Source of the DNA: Candidatus Hydrogenedentota bacterium
GTDB taxonomy: Bacteria; Hydrogenedentota; Hydrogenedentia; Hydrogenedentales; SLHB01
Direction of reading: 5' to 3'
Assembly (NCBI GenBank): GCA_036769985.1
Contig: DAIPKA010000011.1
Coordinates: forward strand, 44,818-108,817
DNA: 64,000 bases
Each line of letters starts with the position of its first letter. Positions within the stretch are counted from its first letter, which is position 1. The position numbers and the translations under genes were made by a program. This document shows positions 9,201 to 17,624 of this stretch, one piece after another. The notes under the pieces were generated by a model, which had not been told where the DNA came from, made no database searches, and saw only the letters and a list, made by a program, of their open reading frames with translations.

Positions 9201-10702
9201 TCGGTCGCCTCCGTCGTGCGCGGCGTCGCGCCGATCCTATCAGCCACGATATCTCGGATGGACTCGAACACGATCTCCGCCTTCCGCTCGATGCCGGCGT
9301 TGGTCATGTGACAGATATCGTCGAAACACTCCGATCCTCCACTTAACCGCTCGGCCACCGGGGCGTAGACGGCCCCGACCTCATCGCAAAGTTTCTTGAT
9401 TTCGCGATTGAGTTGATCGAGCGCGCGGCGATATGTCGCAAAGGTAACATACCGGCCGCCCCAATCGCGCATAAACGTGTACTCGAAGTAGTCTCGTTCG
9501 GCGCGCGACAGGCCGGTCTTGGCGGGGACCGCGAAACTGCACAGGACCATTCCGACGCCGGACTGCTGTGCCGCGTTCGCGATCGCGGCCATATGCGCCA
9601 ACGTTGTAGTCTTCGTCAAGCGCGTCACATCCTCGAGGGGCACCAACCACGCGTTGAGGTAGTCGTTCAGCGCCGCCGACCGCCGCACCAGTCGACGCAA
9701 AGGCGTAGCTTCATTCAGGTACACCGGGAACACGCCATGACAGAGATCGTTGACGGCATTGTAGGCCACGAGCAGGTCGGGGTCGAGCGCCAGGAAATCC
9801 GGCAATCGCAACCACTCCTTGAAGACGCTCATACCGGCGATTCCACAGTTGATCACCTCAATGGATTCCGTCTCAAAGGACTCGCGGAGTCTGCGCTCGA
9901 GGAGATTCGGATAGGTGTCCGCGTGCGTGGGGCCTTCTTCGGTTGTCGAGCCACCGATACAGACCACGCGGAACACCCCGGGAGGTTTGGGCAGCACGAC
10001 ATCGTCATCGCGGAATCCCACGTTATTCGTCCAGAAGTCCTTGCCTTCTCGGCTCACGCACGGTTTGTACACGAAGAAGGGCGCTTCCCACACCAAACGC
10101 TCCGACGTCGTGGCACCGGGGCCGGCCGGCTCTGCCACCAACACGGCCGCCGTCTCGCCATCGTGGAGCGGGTAAATTAGGACGGAATCGGCCTCGCCGC
10201 CCACGGATTGCGCATCGCGGGCGAGGATCTCGGGCCGGCCGCTTTCGATGGCCTGAGCCAAGTTTCGCCGGACAATGATGTCCGTGTAGGCACCCACGAT
10301 CTCCTTGAGTTCTGCCGGCGCATCGGTGCTCCACCCCCGGGCATACACGGAACGCAGGTTCGCCGACGCATCGGCAACGACGACGCGAACGCCGTACGAA
10401 TCCGCGAACATGCGTCGTTCAAGATCGGTGAGCCCTTCGAAGACGCTGAGCCGGCGCGATTGCACGGTCAACCGGTCCGCGAAGGCCGGCGGTGTGGGCA
10501 AGGCGTCCCGGGGTGGCGGGGATCCTTCGATATCCTCGCCCGAGGTCCACATCACGGCGTCGCCACGTTCGAGCACCAGGGGATTCGAGCGCTGTATGGC
10601 ATGCCATCGGAACGCGTGATAGCACTCCAGTCCGAGGAAGAGGATCAGCGTCCACAGGAGGGCCAACGACAAGACAAACGCTATACGGGCCGCCCTTCTC
10701 AT
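9197..10702 (-). CDS. membrane-anchored SGNH/GDSL-family hydrolase, paralog 2 (tandem duplicate of 7719-9200)
   Basis: The protein from MRRAARIAFVLSLALLWTLILFL onward aligns with paralog 1 along its length. Shared motifs are FFVYKP, TNNVGFRDDDVVLPKP, VVCIGGSTTEEG, VINCGIAG, YNAVNDLCH and DICHMTNAG. The ATG at 10702 overlaps the TGA of the upstream GT-C gene. The ORF-track start at 11047 lies inside that GT-C gene. Confidence 0.7.
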   Translation of the reverse strand: MRRAARIAFVLSLALLWTLILFLGLECYHAFRWHAIQRSNPLVLERGDAVMWTSGEDIEGSPPPRDALPTPPAFADRLTVQSRRLSVFEGLTDLERRMFADSYGVRVVVADASANLRSVYARGWSTDAPAELKEIVGAYTDIIVRRNLAQAIESGRPEILARDAQSVGGEADSVLIYPLHDGETAAVLVAEPAGPGATTSERLVWEAPFFVYKPCVSREGKDFWTNNVGFRDDDVVLPKPPGVFRVVCIGGSTTEEGPTHADTYPNLLERRLRESFETESIEVINCGIAGMSVFKEWLRLPDFLALDPDLLVAYNAVNDLCHGVFPVYLNEATPLRRLVRRSAALNDYLNAWLVPLEDVTRLTKTTTLAHMAAIANAAQQSGVGMVLCSFAVPAKTGLSRAERDYFEYTFMRDWGGRYVTFATYRRALDQLNREIKKLCDEVGAVYAPVAERLSGGSECFDDICHMTNAGIERKAEIVFESIRDIVADRIGATPRTTEATE

Positions 10703-12897
10703 CGCTTTCCTGAAGAGGCGGTCTCTTTGCGCGCCAGGGCTTCCTGAAGCCCCTCCTGGCCACGAATGTCGCCGGGATCCCACTCGATGGCCTTGCGGAA
10801 GTGCTCGATCGCCGTGTCGAACTCGCCTTTCTCCATGTAGGCCACTCCCAGGCACGTGTGAGACCATGCGTTGCCGGGGATTTCGACAAGCGATTGCTCG
10901 AGGAAGGGAATGGCCTCGTCGTACCGGCCGCGATCGGTGAGTAGCATGGCGAGGTTCACGAGCGACCAGGGATAGTCGTGGGGATCCAGGGCGACGGCCT
11001 TCTCGAAGGCAGGCAACGCGGCCTCGTCGTTGTGCATCTCGCGCCACGACATGCCAATGTACGAATATGCCCTCGAGTACTCGGGATCGATATCGAGCGC
11101 CCGTTCACACGCCGCGATGGCATCCTCGAAACGCTGCCAACGCCAGAAGGCCAGCGCCAGTTCACAGAATTCCCAGGGGCCATTCTCGGCTAAGTCGCCC
11201 GGCTTGGCCAGTACGATTCCATCGGGGTCGCGCATCACTTCGTAGACCAGCACGTGCTGGATTCCGCCGAACTCGCGGAACTGGAAGGTCATGGCTCGGT
11301 CACGAAGGGCCTGTTCAAACGAACGGTTCGGTCCGGCCTCGAAGTATTCGGTACGGATGATGGCCCAGGCCGTGCAGGGGCCTCCCTCCTCGGATGTCGA
11401 CGGCTTGTTAAGACCCACGTAGAAGGCACACTGGTCCGCGAGGACGTCAAACGACGTCGCGTAACCGATGACGTTCGGCGCGGGCCCCATGTTGAAGGTG
11501 AAGATGCGCTTGCAGAGCTCGTCGTGCACGAGGAGCAAGTCGTCGGGCCTGGCCTCCGCTCTGATGAACGCCGCCGCGGACTTCCAATCCGTGTGCTGGG
11601 GCCCGTCGAATACGAGCATCTGTTGGTAACCGTAGACCGCGGCCAAGACAGCCACGGCGACGACCTTGAAGGGCCGGCCGGGGATCCGCATAACCCCGGC
11701 AGCGAGAAGCAGGTACAGCGCCAGCGAACACTGGAGCGTGTAGCGCGGCATGACGCATGGGCGCCACACGCGCGACACCCCGTAGAGGATCACGGGCGGC
11801 ACCACCCACCAGAGCACCAGGAAGAACGTCCACGGCCATCGGCCATCGGGACGCTGGCCCTCGCGCTTGCGCAACGCGTCTCGAATGCTCACCAAACAGA
11901 GACCCAGCGCGGCGACGGCGAATCCAAGGGCGATCCATTTCCCGATCAGTTTGCGACCGGCTACCATGGCCGCGGCGCGCTCCGGCGGAAAGACGCGCTC
12001 CCAGGCCTGCGGCGTTGCCTGGAGCTGGTAGGTAAGGCCGACGCAATCATCCGCGACAACGTCCGCGATGAACTCGGTAGGCGTGGGGAGCCGCATCCAT
12101 GACTCGGTAGATTCGACGGACCAGAAGCGTATCGTGGCCACGTAGACGAGCGTGGGGATCATGATGACCGTGAGCAGGCCAATCCAGGCAACCAGTCTTC
12201 GGAAATCGCGAGGTCGGAACAGGAGGAAGAACAGCCCCTCCACGAACGGCACGAACAGGGCGAAGGGATGCGTCCAGAAGAGGGACAAACTGGCCAGGCC
12301 GTGAAGCGCCCACCACCGCTTCGTTCCGCCCTCGACGAGCCGAATAAAGGTGTACATCGACAGTGCCGAGCACAGTGTCATTAGCCCGTACATTCGGATT
12401 TCGGCGGCGAAATGGGCGTGAATGGGCGACGCAGCCACAAGAAACGCTGCGATGAGTCCGGCGTGGACGCCATACAGGTATCGGCCGGTAACGTAGACCA
12501 CCGGGACAAGGCACAGGCCGATGAGGATGGAGAGCATGCGCAGTCCCGTGGTGGATGGATCGACGTGCTCGTGCCACACGTACTCGAGAACGTAGTAGAG
12601 CGGCATGGTCGCGGGATCCATGCTCCGATTCTGTTTGAGGAAGCCGAGCAAGGAGGGCGCGGTCTCGCGACGGACGGTCTGGTTCCATAGGTCGTAGTGC
12701 GGGGATTCCTTCCAGGTTTGGGGCGGATCGAGGTGAATCATACTGCTGAACTCGTCCCACCACACCGACTCGTCCGCGATTCCGTGAACCCTGACGACCA
12801 GTCCAAGCAGAAGAATGAGGCCCAACGCGACGCGGACAATCCAGACGCGTCGTGGCGATGGCGATTTCGTCGGTGCGCTGTCCGTGGGTTCCGACAC
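10699..12897 (-). CDS. PMT/ArnT-like GT-C membrane glycosyltransferase with C-terminal TPR repeats (TMTC-like), paralog 2
   Basis: The N-terminal domain is polytopic with a VWWDEFSS loop, and the C-terminal repeats are TPR (AxxAIxxFxKAIExDP etc.). The longest ORF reaches 13065, but its first ~55 codons have AT-rich third positions atypical for this genome. A GTG at 12897 preceded by GGAGG with a 5-nt spacer is the more likely start. Confidence 0.7.
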   Translation of the reverse strand: MSEPTDSAPTKSPSPRRVWIVRVALGLILLLGLVVRVHGIADESVWWDEFSSMIHLDPPQTWKESPHYDLWNQTVRRETAPSLLGFLKQNRSMDPATMPLYYVLEYVWHEHVDPSTTGLRMLSILIGLCLVPVVYVTGRYLYGVHAGLIAAFLVAASPIHAHFAAEIRMYGLMTLCSALSMYTFIRLVEGGTKRWWALHGLASLSLFWTHPFALFVPFVEGLFFLLFRPRDFRRLVAWIGLLTVIMIPTLVYVATIRFWSVESTESWMRLPTPTEFIADVVADDCVGLTYQLQATPQAWERVFPPERAAAMVAGRKLIGKWIALGFAVAALGLCLVSIRDALRKREGQRPDGRWPWTFFLVLWWVVPPVILYGVSRVWRPCVMPRYTLQCSLALYLLLAAGVMRIPGRPFKVVAVAVLAAVYGYQQMLVFDGPQHTDWKSAAAFIRAEARPDDLLLVHDELCKRIFTFNMGPAPNVIGYATSFDVLADQCAFYVGLNKPSTSEEGGPCTAWAIIRTEYFEAGPNRSFEQALRDRAMTFQFREFGGIQHVLVYEVMRDPDGIVLAKPGDLAENGPWEFCELALAFWRWQRFEDAIAACERALDIDPEYSRAYSYIGMSWREMHNDEAALPAFEKAVALDPHDYPWSLVNLAMLLTDRGRYDEAIPFLEQSLVEIPGNAWSHTCLGVAYMEKGEFDTAIEHFRKAIEWDPGDIRGQEGLQEALARKETASSGKR

Positions 12898-13068
12898 AGA
12901 GGCCTCCGGTGACGCTACGCCTACAGGACACAAGAACGGCAGCCCCAGGTCGGACCTGCCGCTACGGCCGAGCCATTCTACCAACCTATTCCTTGAAAGG
13001 AATGATCGCATTTGGAATAATGGCGATGCAACAAGACGTGTCTTCCGCGGCCAAGTATCCCACACGAT

Positions 13069-14316
13069 TTGGAGTGCATACGTAGATTGTCTGGTGCTCT
13101 CAGAAATGCGACGCTGGCCGTAGGCTCGGTCCTGCTGGCGTTTGTATTAACACTGGCCGCTGATCACGTGGTGGGCGCCTTTGCCCCCACACCCACCCTC
13201 CCCGGAAGCATGGAACTCCTGTTTCCGCCCAACGCCGATCAGTCTTACGAGAGCCTTGATTTCTCCTACACGGCCCACATCAACTCACTCGGCCTGCGCG
13301 AGCGCGAGATCGGCAAAGAGCGAACAGAGGCATACCGCATCATCGCCATCGGCGATTCCTACACGTACGGATGGGGCGTCGAAAGCGAACAGACCTGGCT
13401 TCGCCTGATCGAAGAGAGCCTTCGCGGCGCAGGACTCAACGTCGAGACCATTAACATGGGCAAGCCCGGGGCTGGTCCTCCCGACTACGCCGATCTGGCG
13501 GAGGAAGTCGTTCCCCTGTTCCGCCCGGATCTCGTCCTCGTCGGCATGCTGCAAGGGAATGACCTCGCCGCGGCCGGTCCCGAAGTGATCGAGGAGGCCG
13601 CCGAGACATTCCTCGATAAGGTCCGTGGGCTCTATCCCCATTCGATCCGACTCATCGAGGACATGCGTCTGAGCCGCGATTACGCCTCGCGCACGCAGGA
13701 GATGCGCCCTCCTCAGAAGAGTTCGGCCGAGGATAACCGCCGTTGGACGGCGAACACGGCCAAGGAGTTCCTCGACGGAATGACGCCCGAGCATCGCGCG
13801 CGGTTCGACGCCTTCGACGATACGGTCAAGGAGGCGTTCCTGGCAGGACGGCTCAATCCGTACATGGTCGACCTGGCCATGCAGAATGCCCGTTTCTATT
13901 GCGGCACCTTGAACCTCGACGATCCCTGGACCCAGACCTGTCTTGAGCGAATGGGACACCACCTGGCCCGGATCAAGCGAGTGGCCGATTCATACGAGGC
14001 CGAGGTGCTCGTGCTGTCCATTCCGGATGGCCCATACGTGAACGCCGCCGCCGTCCGCAACATTCGCCGGGTCGGTTACGAGGTGCCGGACAACATTGTG
14101 GACTCCGACGCGCCGGACACGGCCATCCGCGAGGCCTGCGGCCATGCCGGTGTGCCGTTCCTCACCGTCACCCCTGCATTCAGACAACGCCGAGACAATC
14201 CTGGCCTGTTTTTCGAGCTCGACGGCCATCTGACCGCCGAAGGACACCGCCTGTATGCCGAGTCGCTGGCCCCGCTTCTCCTCGAACGGATCCGGAAACA
14301 CGCGCCGATGCGCTGA
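13069..14316 (+). CDS. membrane-anchored SGNH/GDSL hydrolase, member 3
   Basis: SGNH blocks are present: IIAIGDSYTYGWG (block I), NMGKPGAG (II), QGNDL (III), DGHLTAEGH (V). There is an N-terminal hydrophobic anchor. The annotated start is a TTG at 13069; the exact start is uncertain and the first codons are AT-rich. Confidence 0.65.
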   Translation: MECIRRLSGALRNATLAVGSVLLAFVLTLAADHVVGAFAPTPTLPGSMELLFPPNADQSYESLDFSYTAHINSLGLREREIGKERTEAYRIIAIGDSYTYGWGVESEQTWLRLIEESLRGAGLNVETINMGKPGAGPPDYADLAEEVVPLFRPDLVLVGMLQGNDLAAAGPEVIEEAAETFLDKVRGLYPHSIRLIEDMRLSRDYASRTQEMRPPQKSSAEDNRRWTANTAKEFLDGMTPEHRARFDAFDDTVKEAFLAGRLNPYMVDLAMQNARFYCGTLNLDDPWTQTCLERMGHHLARIKRVADSYEAEVLVLSIPDGPYVNAAAVRNIRRVGYEVPDNIVDSDAPDTAIREACGHAGVPFLTVTPAFRQRRDNPGLFFELDGHLTAEGHRLYAESLAPLLLERIRKHAPMR

Positions 14317-14327
14317 GGCCCTGCAGC

Positions 14328-15503
14328 ATGCCTGGAGATGCCATGGTCGATGCCAATCCGCCACAACGGCCGCCTATGGGATGGAAGCAATCCCTCGTCT
14401 ACGCCCTGTTGCCGGTGATCCTTGCCTTTGCCGTGCTGGAGGCGGCGGCGCGCATCGTTGAGATCTGGAGACCGCCCATAACGGTCGACCTCGGCCAAGG
14501 GTTCGGCCCCGAAAGCCGGCTCTTCGTGCCCAAGCAAGGCCATCCCGCGACCATGGTCACCCATCCCGACAAGACCCTCGCGTTTCGCAACCAGGCCTTC
14601 GAACGTCGGAAGCCGCAGGGGACCATGCGTGTCGTCGCCTTAGGCGGATCGTCCGTGAACTACCTCGACTACGAGTTTTCGGTGCTCAAGGAACGCCTCG
14701 AGGCCGCACTAGCACCCCGGTTCACGAACGTCGAGATCATCAATTGCGGCGGACTCTCGTACGGTAGCCATCGCCTCGTGATTCTCGCCGCCGAGGTCAT
14801 TGCGTACGAACCCGACCTGGTGCTCATCTACTCGGGCCACAACGAGTTCGAGGAAATCCAGCAGCTCGAGTTGGCCGACCTGCGCGCCGTGCCCATCCAG
14901 CGCGCCCTCTCCCACTCGGCCCTGTTCCGCTTCATTCGCGACCAATTCGCCGACCGACGCATTGCCGAACTGGAGGAGGATCGCGATCAGCGGAACCTGG
15001 CAACGTCCGTGCCCGACGCCTCGAAGGCGTGGATGTATCGGTTTTCCGAAGAGGAAATCACGGAACGCATGACGGCGTTCAGGACCAACCTAGGCCGGAT
15101 CATCGAGCTATGCCGGGAGCACCACGTGCCCGTCATCATCGGCACGGTACCCTCGAACCTGATCAAGCCCAGCCTTCCGGGAAAGGACGGACACCGCTAT
15201 CAGGAAGCGGAGGACCTCTTCGGCCGGGGGGAGTTCGAGCGTGGGCTCGCCATCGCACGCGAGGTCTTGCGGACCTCTTCCCCGCGCCATCAGTCCTCCG
15301 ACGAGGAGAACGCCGTAATTCGCGCAGTGGCCAGCGAATACGGCGTGCCACTGGCCGATGTCGAGGCCGCCGTTGTCGAGGCCGAGCCGCACCACGTGCC
15401 CGGCGAGACGCTTTTCAGCGACCACTGTCACCTGAATCCGGCTGGCAACGAGATCCTCCGCCGAGTGTACGAGGCCGAAATCCTCCGCTTGTTCCGGGAA
15501 TAG
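14328..15503 (+). CDS. membrane-anchored SGNH/GDSL hydrolase, member 4
   Basis: SGNH blocks are present: VVALGGSSVNY (I), INCGGLSYGS (II), YSGHNEF (III), DHCHLNPAGN (V). There is an N-terminal TM (LVYALLPVILAFAVL). An alternative start at 14343 (MVDANPP) has a GGAG 6 nt upstream. Confidence 0.65.
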   Translation: MPGDAMVDANPPQRPPMGWKQSLVYALLPVILAFAVLEAAARIVEIWRPPITVDLGQGFGPESRLFVPKQGHPATMVTHPDKTLAFRNQAFERRKPQGTMRVVALGGSSVNYLDYEFSVLKERLEAALAPRFTNVEIINCGGLSYGSHRLVILAAEVIAYEPDLVLIYSGHNEFEEIQQLELADLRAVPIQRALSHSALFRFIRDQFADRRIAELEEDRDQRNLATSVPDASKAWMYRFSEEEITERMTAFRTNLGRIIELCREHHVPVIIGTVPSNLIKPSLPGKDGHRYQEAEDLFGRGEFERGLAIAREVLRTSSPRHQSSDEENAVIRAVASEYGVPLADVEAAVVEAEPHHVPGETLFSDHCHLNPAGNEILRRVYEAEILRLFRE

Positions 15504-15569
15504 AGTGACGTCCCTATTCTTGGAGCCAATAAAGCCCGAACTGCCGCCGTTTGTATTGGTGAGAGGGCC

Positions 15570-16145
15570 ATGAACCAAACGGATGACGCCCTGATTGCGG
15601 CGTACCTCAAAGGTAGCATGCCGGCCTTTGAATCGCTTTTCGGCCGATATGAACGGCCTGTGCTGCGATTCATCGTGTCGCTGGGCGGTTCGCGCGAGCA
15701 GGCCCAGGACGCGGCGCAGACGACGTGGCTGAAGGTGGTTGAGGGTCTGGGCGCCTATGAGGCCCGCGGGCGCTTTCGCCCGTGGTTGTTCCGGATCGCG
15801 CATCGGGCATGGCTCGATCACGTGCGCGGCGCGTGGCAACGGCGGCGCATCCTAGTCGGCGAAGGGAACGAGTCCGATTTCGAGGGCCTGCCTATCGACC
15901 GCACGGCCTTTGGCGCGGCGATCTCGCCAGCCGACGCCGCAGCGGCCCGCGAAGAGCGCGATCAACTCTATGATGCGTTGGCCGGTTTACCGTGCGCGTT
16001 GCGTCAGACGGTCCTGTTGCGGATCGATGCGGAGATGACGTTTGCGGAGATTGCTGAGGCGATGGATTGTCCGCTCGGCACGGCGTTGTGGCGCGCCCAC
16101 GAGGCCGAGCGGCGGCTGAAGGACGCCCTGGGAGCAGAGAAGTGA
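15570..16145 (+). CDS. ECF-family RNA polymerase sigma factor (sigma-70 region 2 + region 4)
   Basis: It is 191 aa. Region 2-like segment: LIAAYLKG...FESLFGRYERPVLRFIVSL...AQDAAQTTWLKV. Region 4 HTH: LPCALRQTVLLRIDAEMTFAEIAEAMDCPLGTALWRAHEAERRL. Confidence 0.8.
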   Translation: MNQTDDALIAAYLKGSMPAFESLFGRYERPVLRFIVSLGGSREQAQDAAQTTWLKVVEGLGAYEARGRFRPWLFRIAHRAWLDHVRGAWQRRRILVGEGNESDFEGLPIDRTAFGAAISPADAAAAREERDQLYDALAGLPCALRQTVLLRIDAEMTFAEIAEAMDCPLGTALWRAHEAERRLKDALGAEK

Positions 16146-16600
16146 GAGTCGACGAGCCATTTACCGAAGACGAACAAGCGCTTAAGGCGATCTTCGAGGC
16201 GCGTCCTATGCCGCCATCGAACCGGCACGTGCGGCGGCGCGTGACGGCGGCGGCGCGAAGGCAGGTGTCGACACGGCGCGGTCGGTTCGGGCGCCCGACA
16301 CCGGCACTCGGCGCCTTGGCCGCGGCGGTTTGCATCATCGTAGGTATTTCCGTGTGGTTTGGCGCGCCGCCCGAGACGGCGACAGAGGCCACAACGACCC
16401 CCGCCGTGAGTTCGCGTACGCTCTTTGCGGAAGATGCGACGCTGGCGCTGGCCGACACGCGGCTGGCCGCCGTCGAGGCCCGAATCGAGAGCGTCGGCGC
16501 AAGTACTGCCTTCGCGCTCAGTACTTGGAAGATGGACACCCGGCAGTTGTTCACAAGAACGCAGCGATTGAAGGGAAGTCTGGCGCAGGATGTCGAATAG
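16142..16600 (+). CDS. putative anti-sigma factor (single-pass membrane protein)
   Basis: A GTG start at 16142 overlaps the sigma gene stop (GTGA). The product is 152 aa with a central TM (ALGALAAAVCIIVGISVWFGA). The call rests on position and topology only. Confidence 0.4.
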   Translation: MRVDEPFTEDEQALKAIFEARPMPPSNRHVRRRVTAAARRQVSTRRGRFGRPTPALGALAAAVCIIVGISVWFGAPPETATEATTTPAVSSRTLFAEDATLALADTRLAAVEARIESVGASTAFALSTWKMDTRQLFTRTQRLKGSLAQDVE

Positions 16601-16625
16601 ACGCCTCAACGGAAGGAGATGAAGC

Positions 16626-17414
16626 ATGTTTAGTCGATTCGGAGTCGCACTTTGGTTTGGACTGCTGTTGGTGGCCGCATGTCTATTGCCGGTATGGGCG
16701 CAGGAACCGCCTCGCGAAGCGCCGCCGCGTGAGCCGGAAATGAACCGAGAACCGAGAGAACTGCCGCCGCGCGGGCCGGAAATGGATCGAGAACTGCGGG
16801 AGCGCGGGCCGGACATGGAACGGATTCCTCGCGAGATAGTACCGCGCGATCCCGACATGCGGATCGAGCCGAGGCCGGAAGGCGAACGGGGCGAGTTGAG
16901 GCGGGCCCAGGAAGAAGCACGGCATGTGCTCAATGATGACATGAGGGCTTTCCTCCGAGAGGAATTGCCGGAGGCCATGGAACTCCTCGAGCGCAAGACG
17001 GCCGAGTCGGAGAGGCCGGGCGCGCCCATCGAGTCGAAGTTCGAAGTGTGCGAGATGGCACGCCACCTGGCGCGCACCGTCGAGGAATTACGCGATGCAA
17101 GAGAGCACCGGCCCGAGGCGTTCATGAAGATGAAGGAGTTCAAGCAACTCGAGCTTCAATCGATGCTGCTGGCCGAGGAGTACCATCGCCAACCGGAAGC
17201 GGAAGCACGCGAACAGCTCCAGCAGAAGATCCGCGAGGTCCTAGATCGGGGCTTTGTCGTTTCGCAGGAGCTTCGCGAGCTCGAGGCGAAGGCTATCCAG
17301 GGAGAACTCGACGAGATCTCGAACCTACTCGAGAGACGCCGCGAGAACCGCGAGCTGATTATCGATCGCCGCATGCAACAGTTGCTGCACGGCACGGATC
17401 CCTACGAGTGGTAG
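16626..17414 (+). CDS. secreted protein with N-terminal PxRExxxR tandem repeats and C-terminal coiled-coil region
   Basis: There is a signal peptide (MFSRFGVALWFGLLLVAACLLPVWA). Then come degenerate repeats such as PPREAPPREPEMNREPRELPPRGPEMDRELRERGPDMERIPREIVPRDPDMRIEPRPEGE, followed by a highly charged helical region. Confidence 0.5.
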   Translation: MFSRFGVALWFGLLLVAACLLPVWAQEPPREAPPREPEMNREPRELPPRGPEMDRELRERGPDMERIPREIVPRDPDMRIEPRPEGERGELRRAQEEARHVLNDDMRAFLREELPEAMELLERKTAESERPGAPIESKFEVCEMARHLARTVEELRDAREHRPEAFMKMKEFKQLELQSMLLAEEYHRQPEAEAREQLQQKIREVLDRGFVVSQELRELEAKAIQGELDEISNLLERRRENRELIIDRRMQQLLHGTDPYEW

Positions 17415-17500
17415 CGCGGATCGCGGCAACGGCTCACGCGGAGTAGTCTCGTCCTTTGCGGTCGGCGACTTCCCATGGGCGATCCTGTGCGGCGTCCTTC

Positions 17501-17529
17501 TTGAAACGACCTGAGTCGCATGATATACT
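17501..17529 (+). promoter_or_regulatory. sigma-70-like promoter (TTGAAA-17 nt-TATACT) upstream of the Hsp70-like gene
   Basis: TTGAAA is at 17501-17506, followed by a 17-nt spacer and TATACT at 17524-17529. A GC hairpin (gcgccggttggcgc) and a purine-rich RBS lie before the GTG start at 17625. Confidence 0.4.
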
Positions 17530-17624
17530 CCGCTATTCTGTGCGGTCGGAGGCGCTAAACCGCACCGCTCCAAACCATCAAGACGAGAGATCACTGCGCC
17601 GGTTGGCGCGGAGAGGAACAGGAA

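Noticed and set aside
15504-15569. An ECF-type autoregulatory promoter upstream of the sigma factor gene
   Set aside because: GAAC and CGTT-like elements are present (cccGAACtgccgccGTTtg), but the spacing does not convincingly fit the GAAC-N16-CGTC pattern. It is not reported as a feature.
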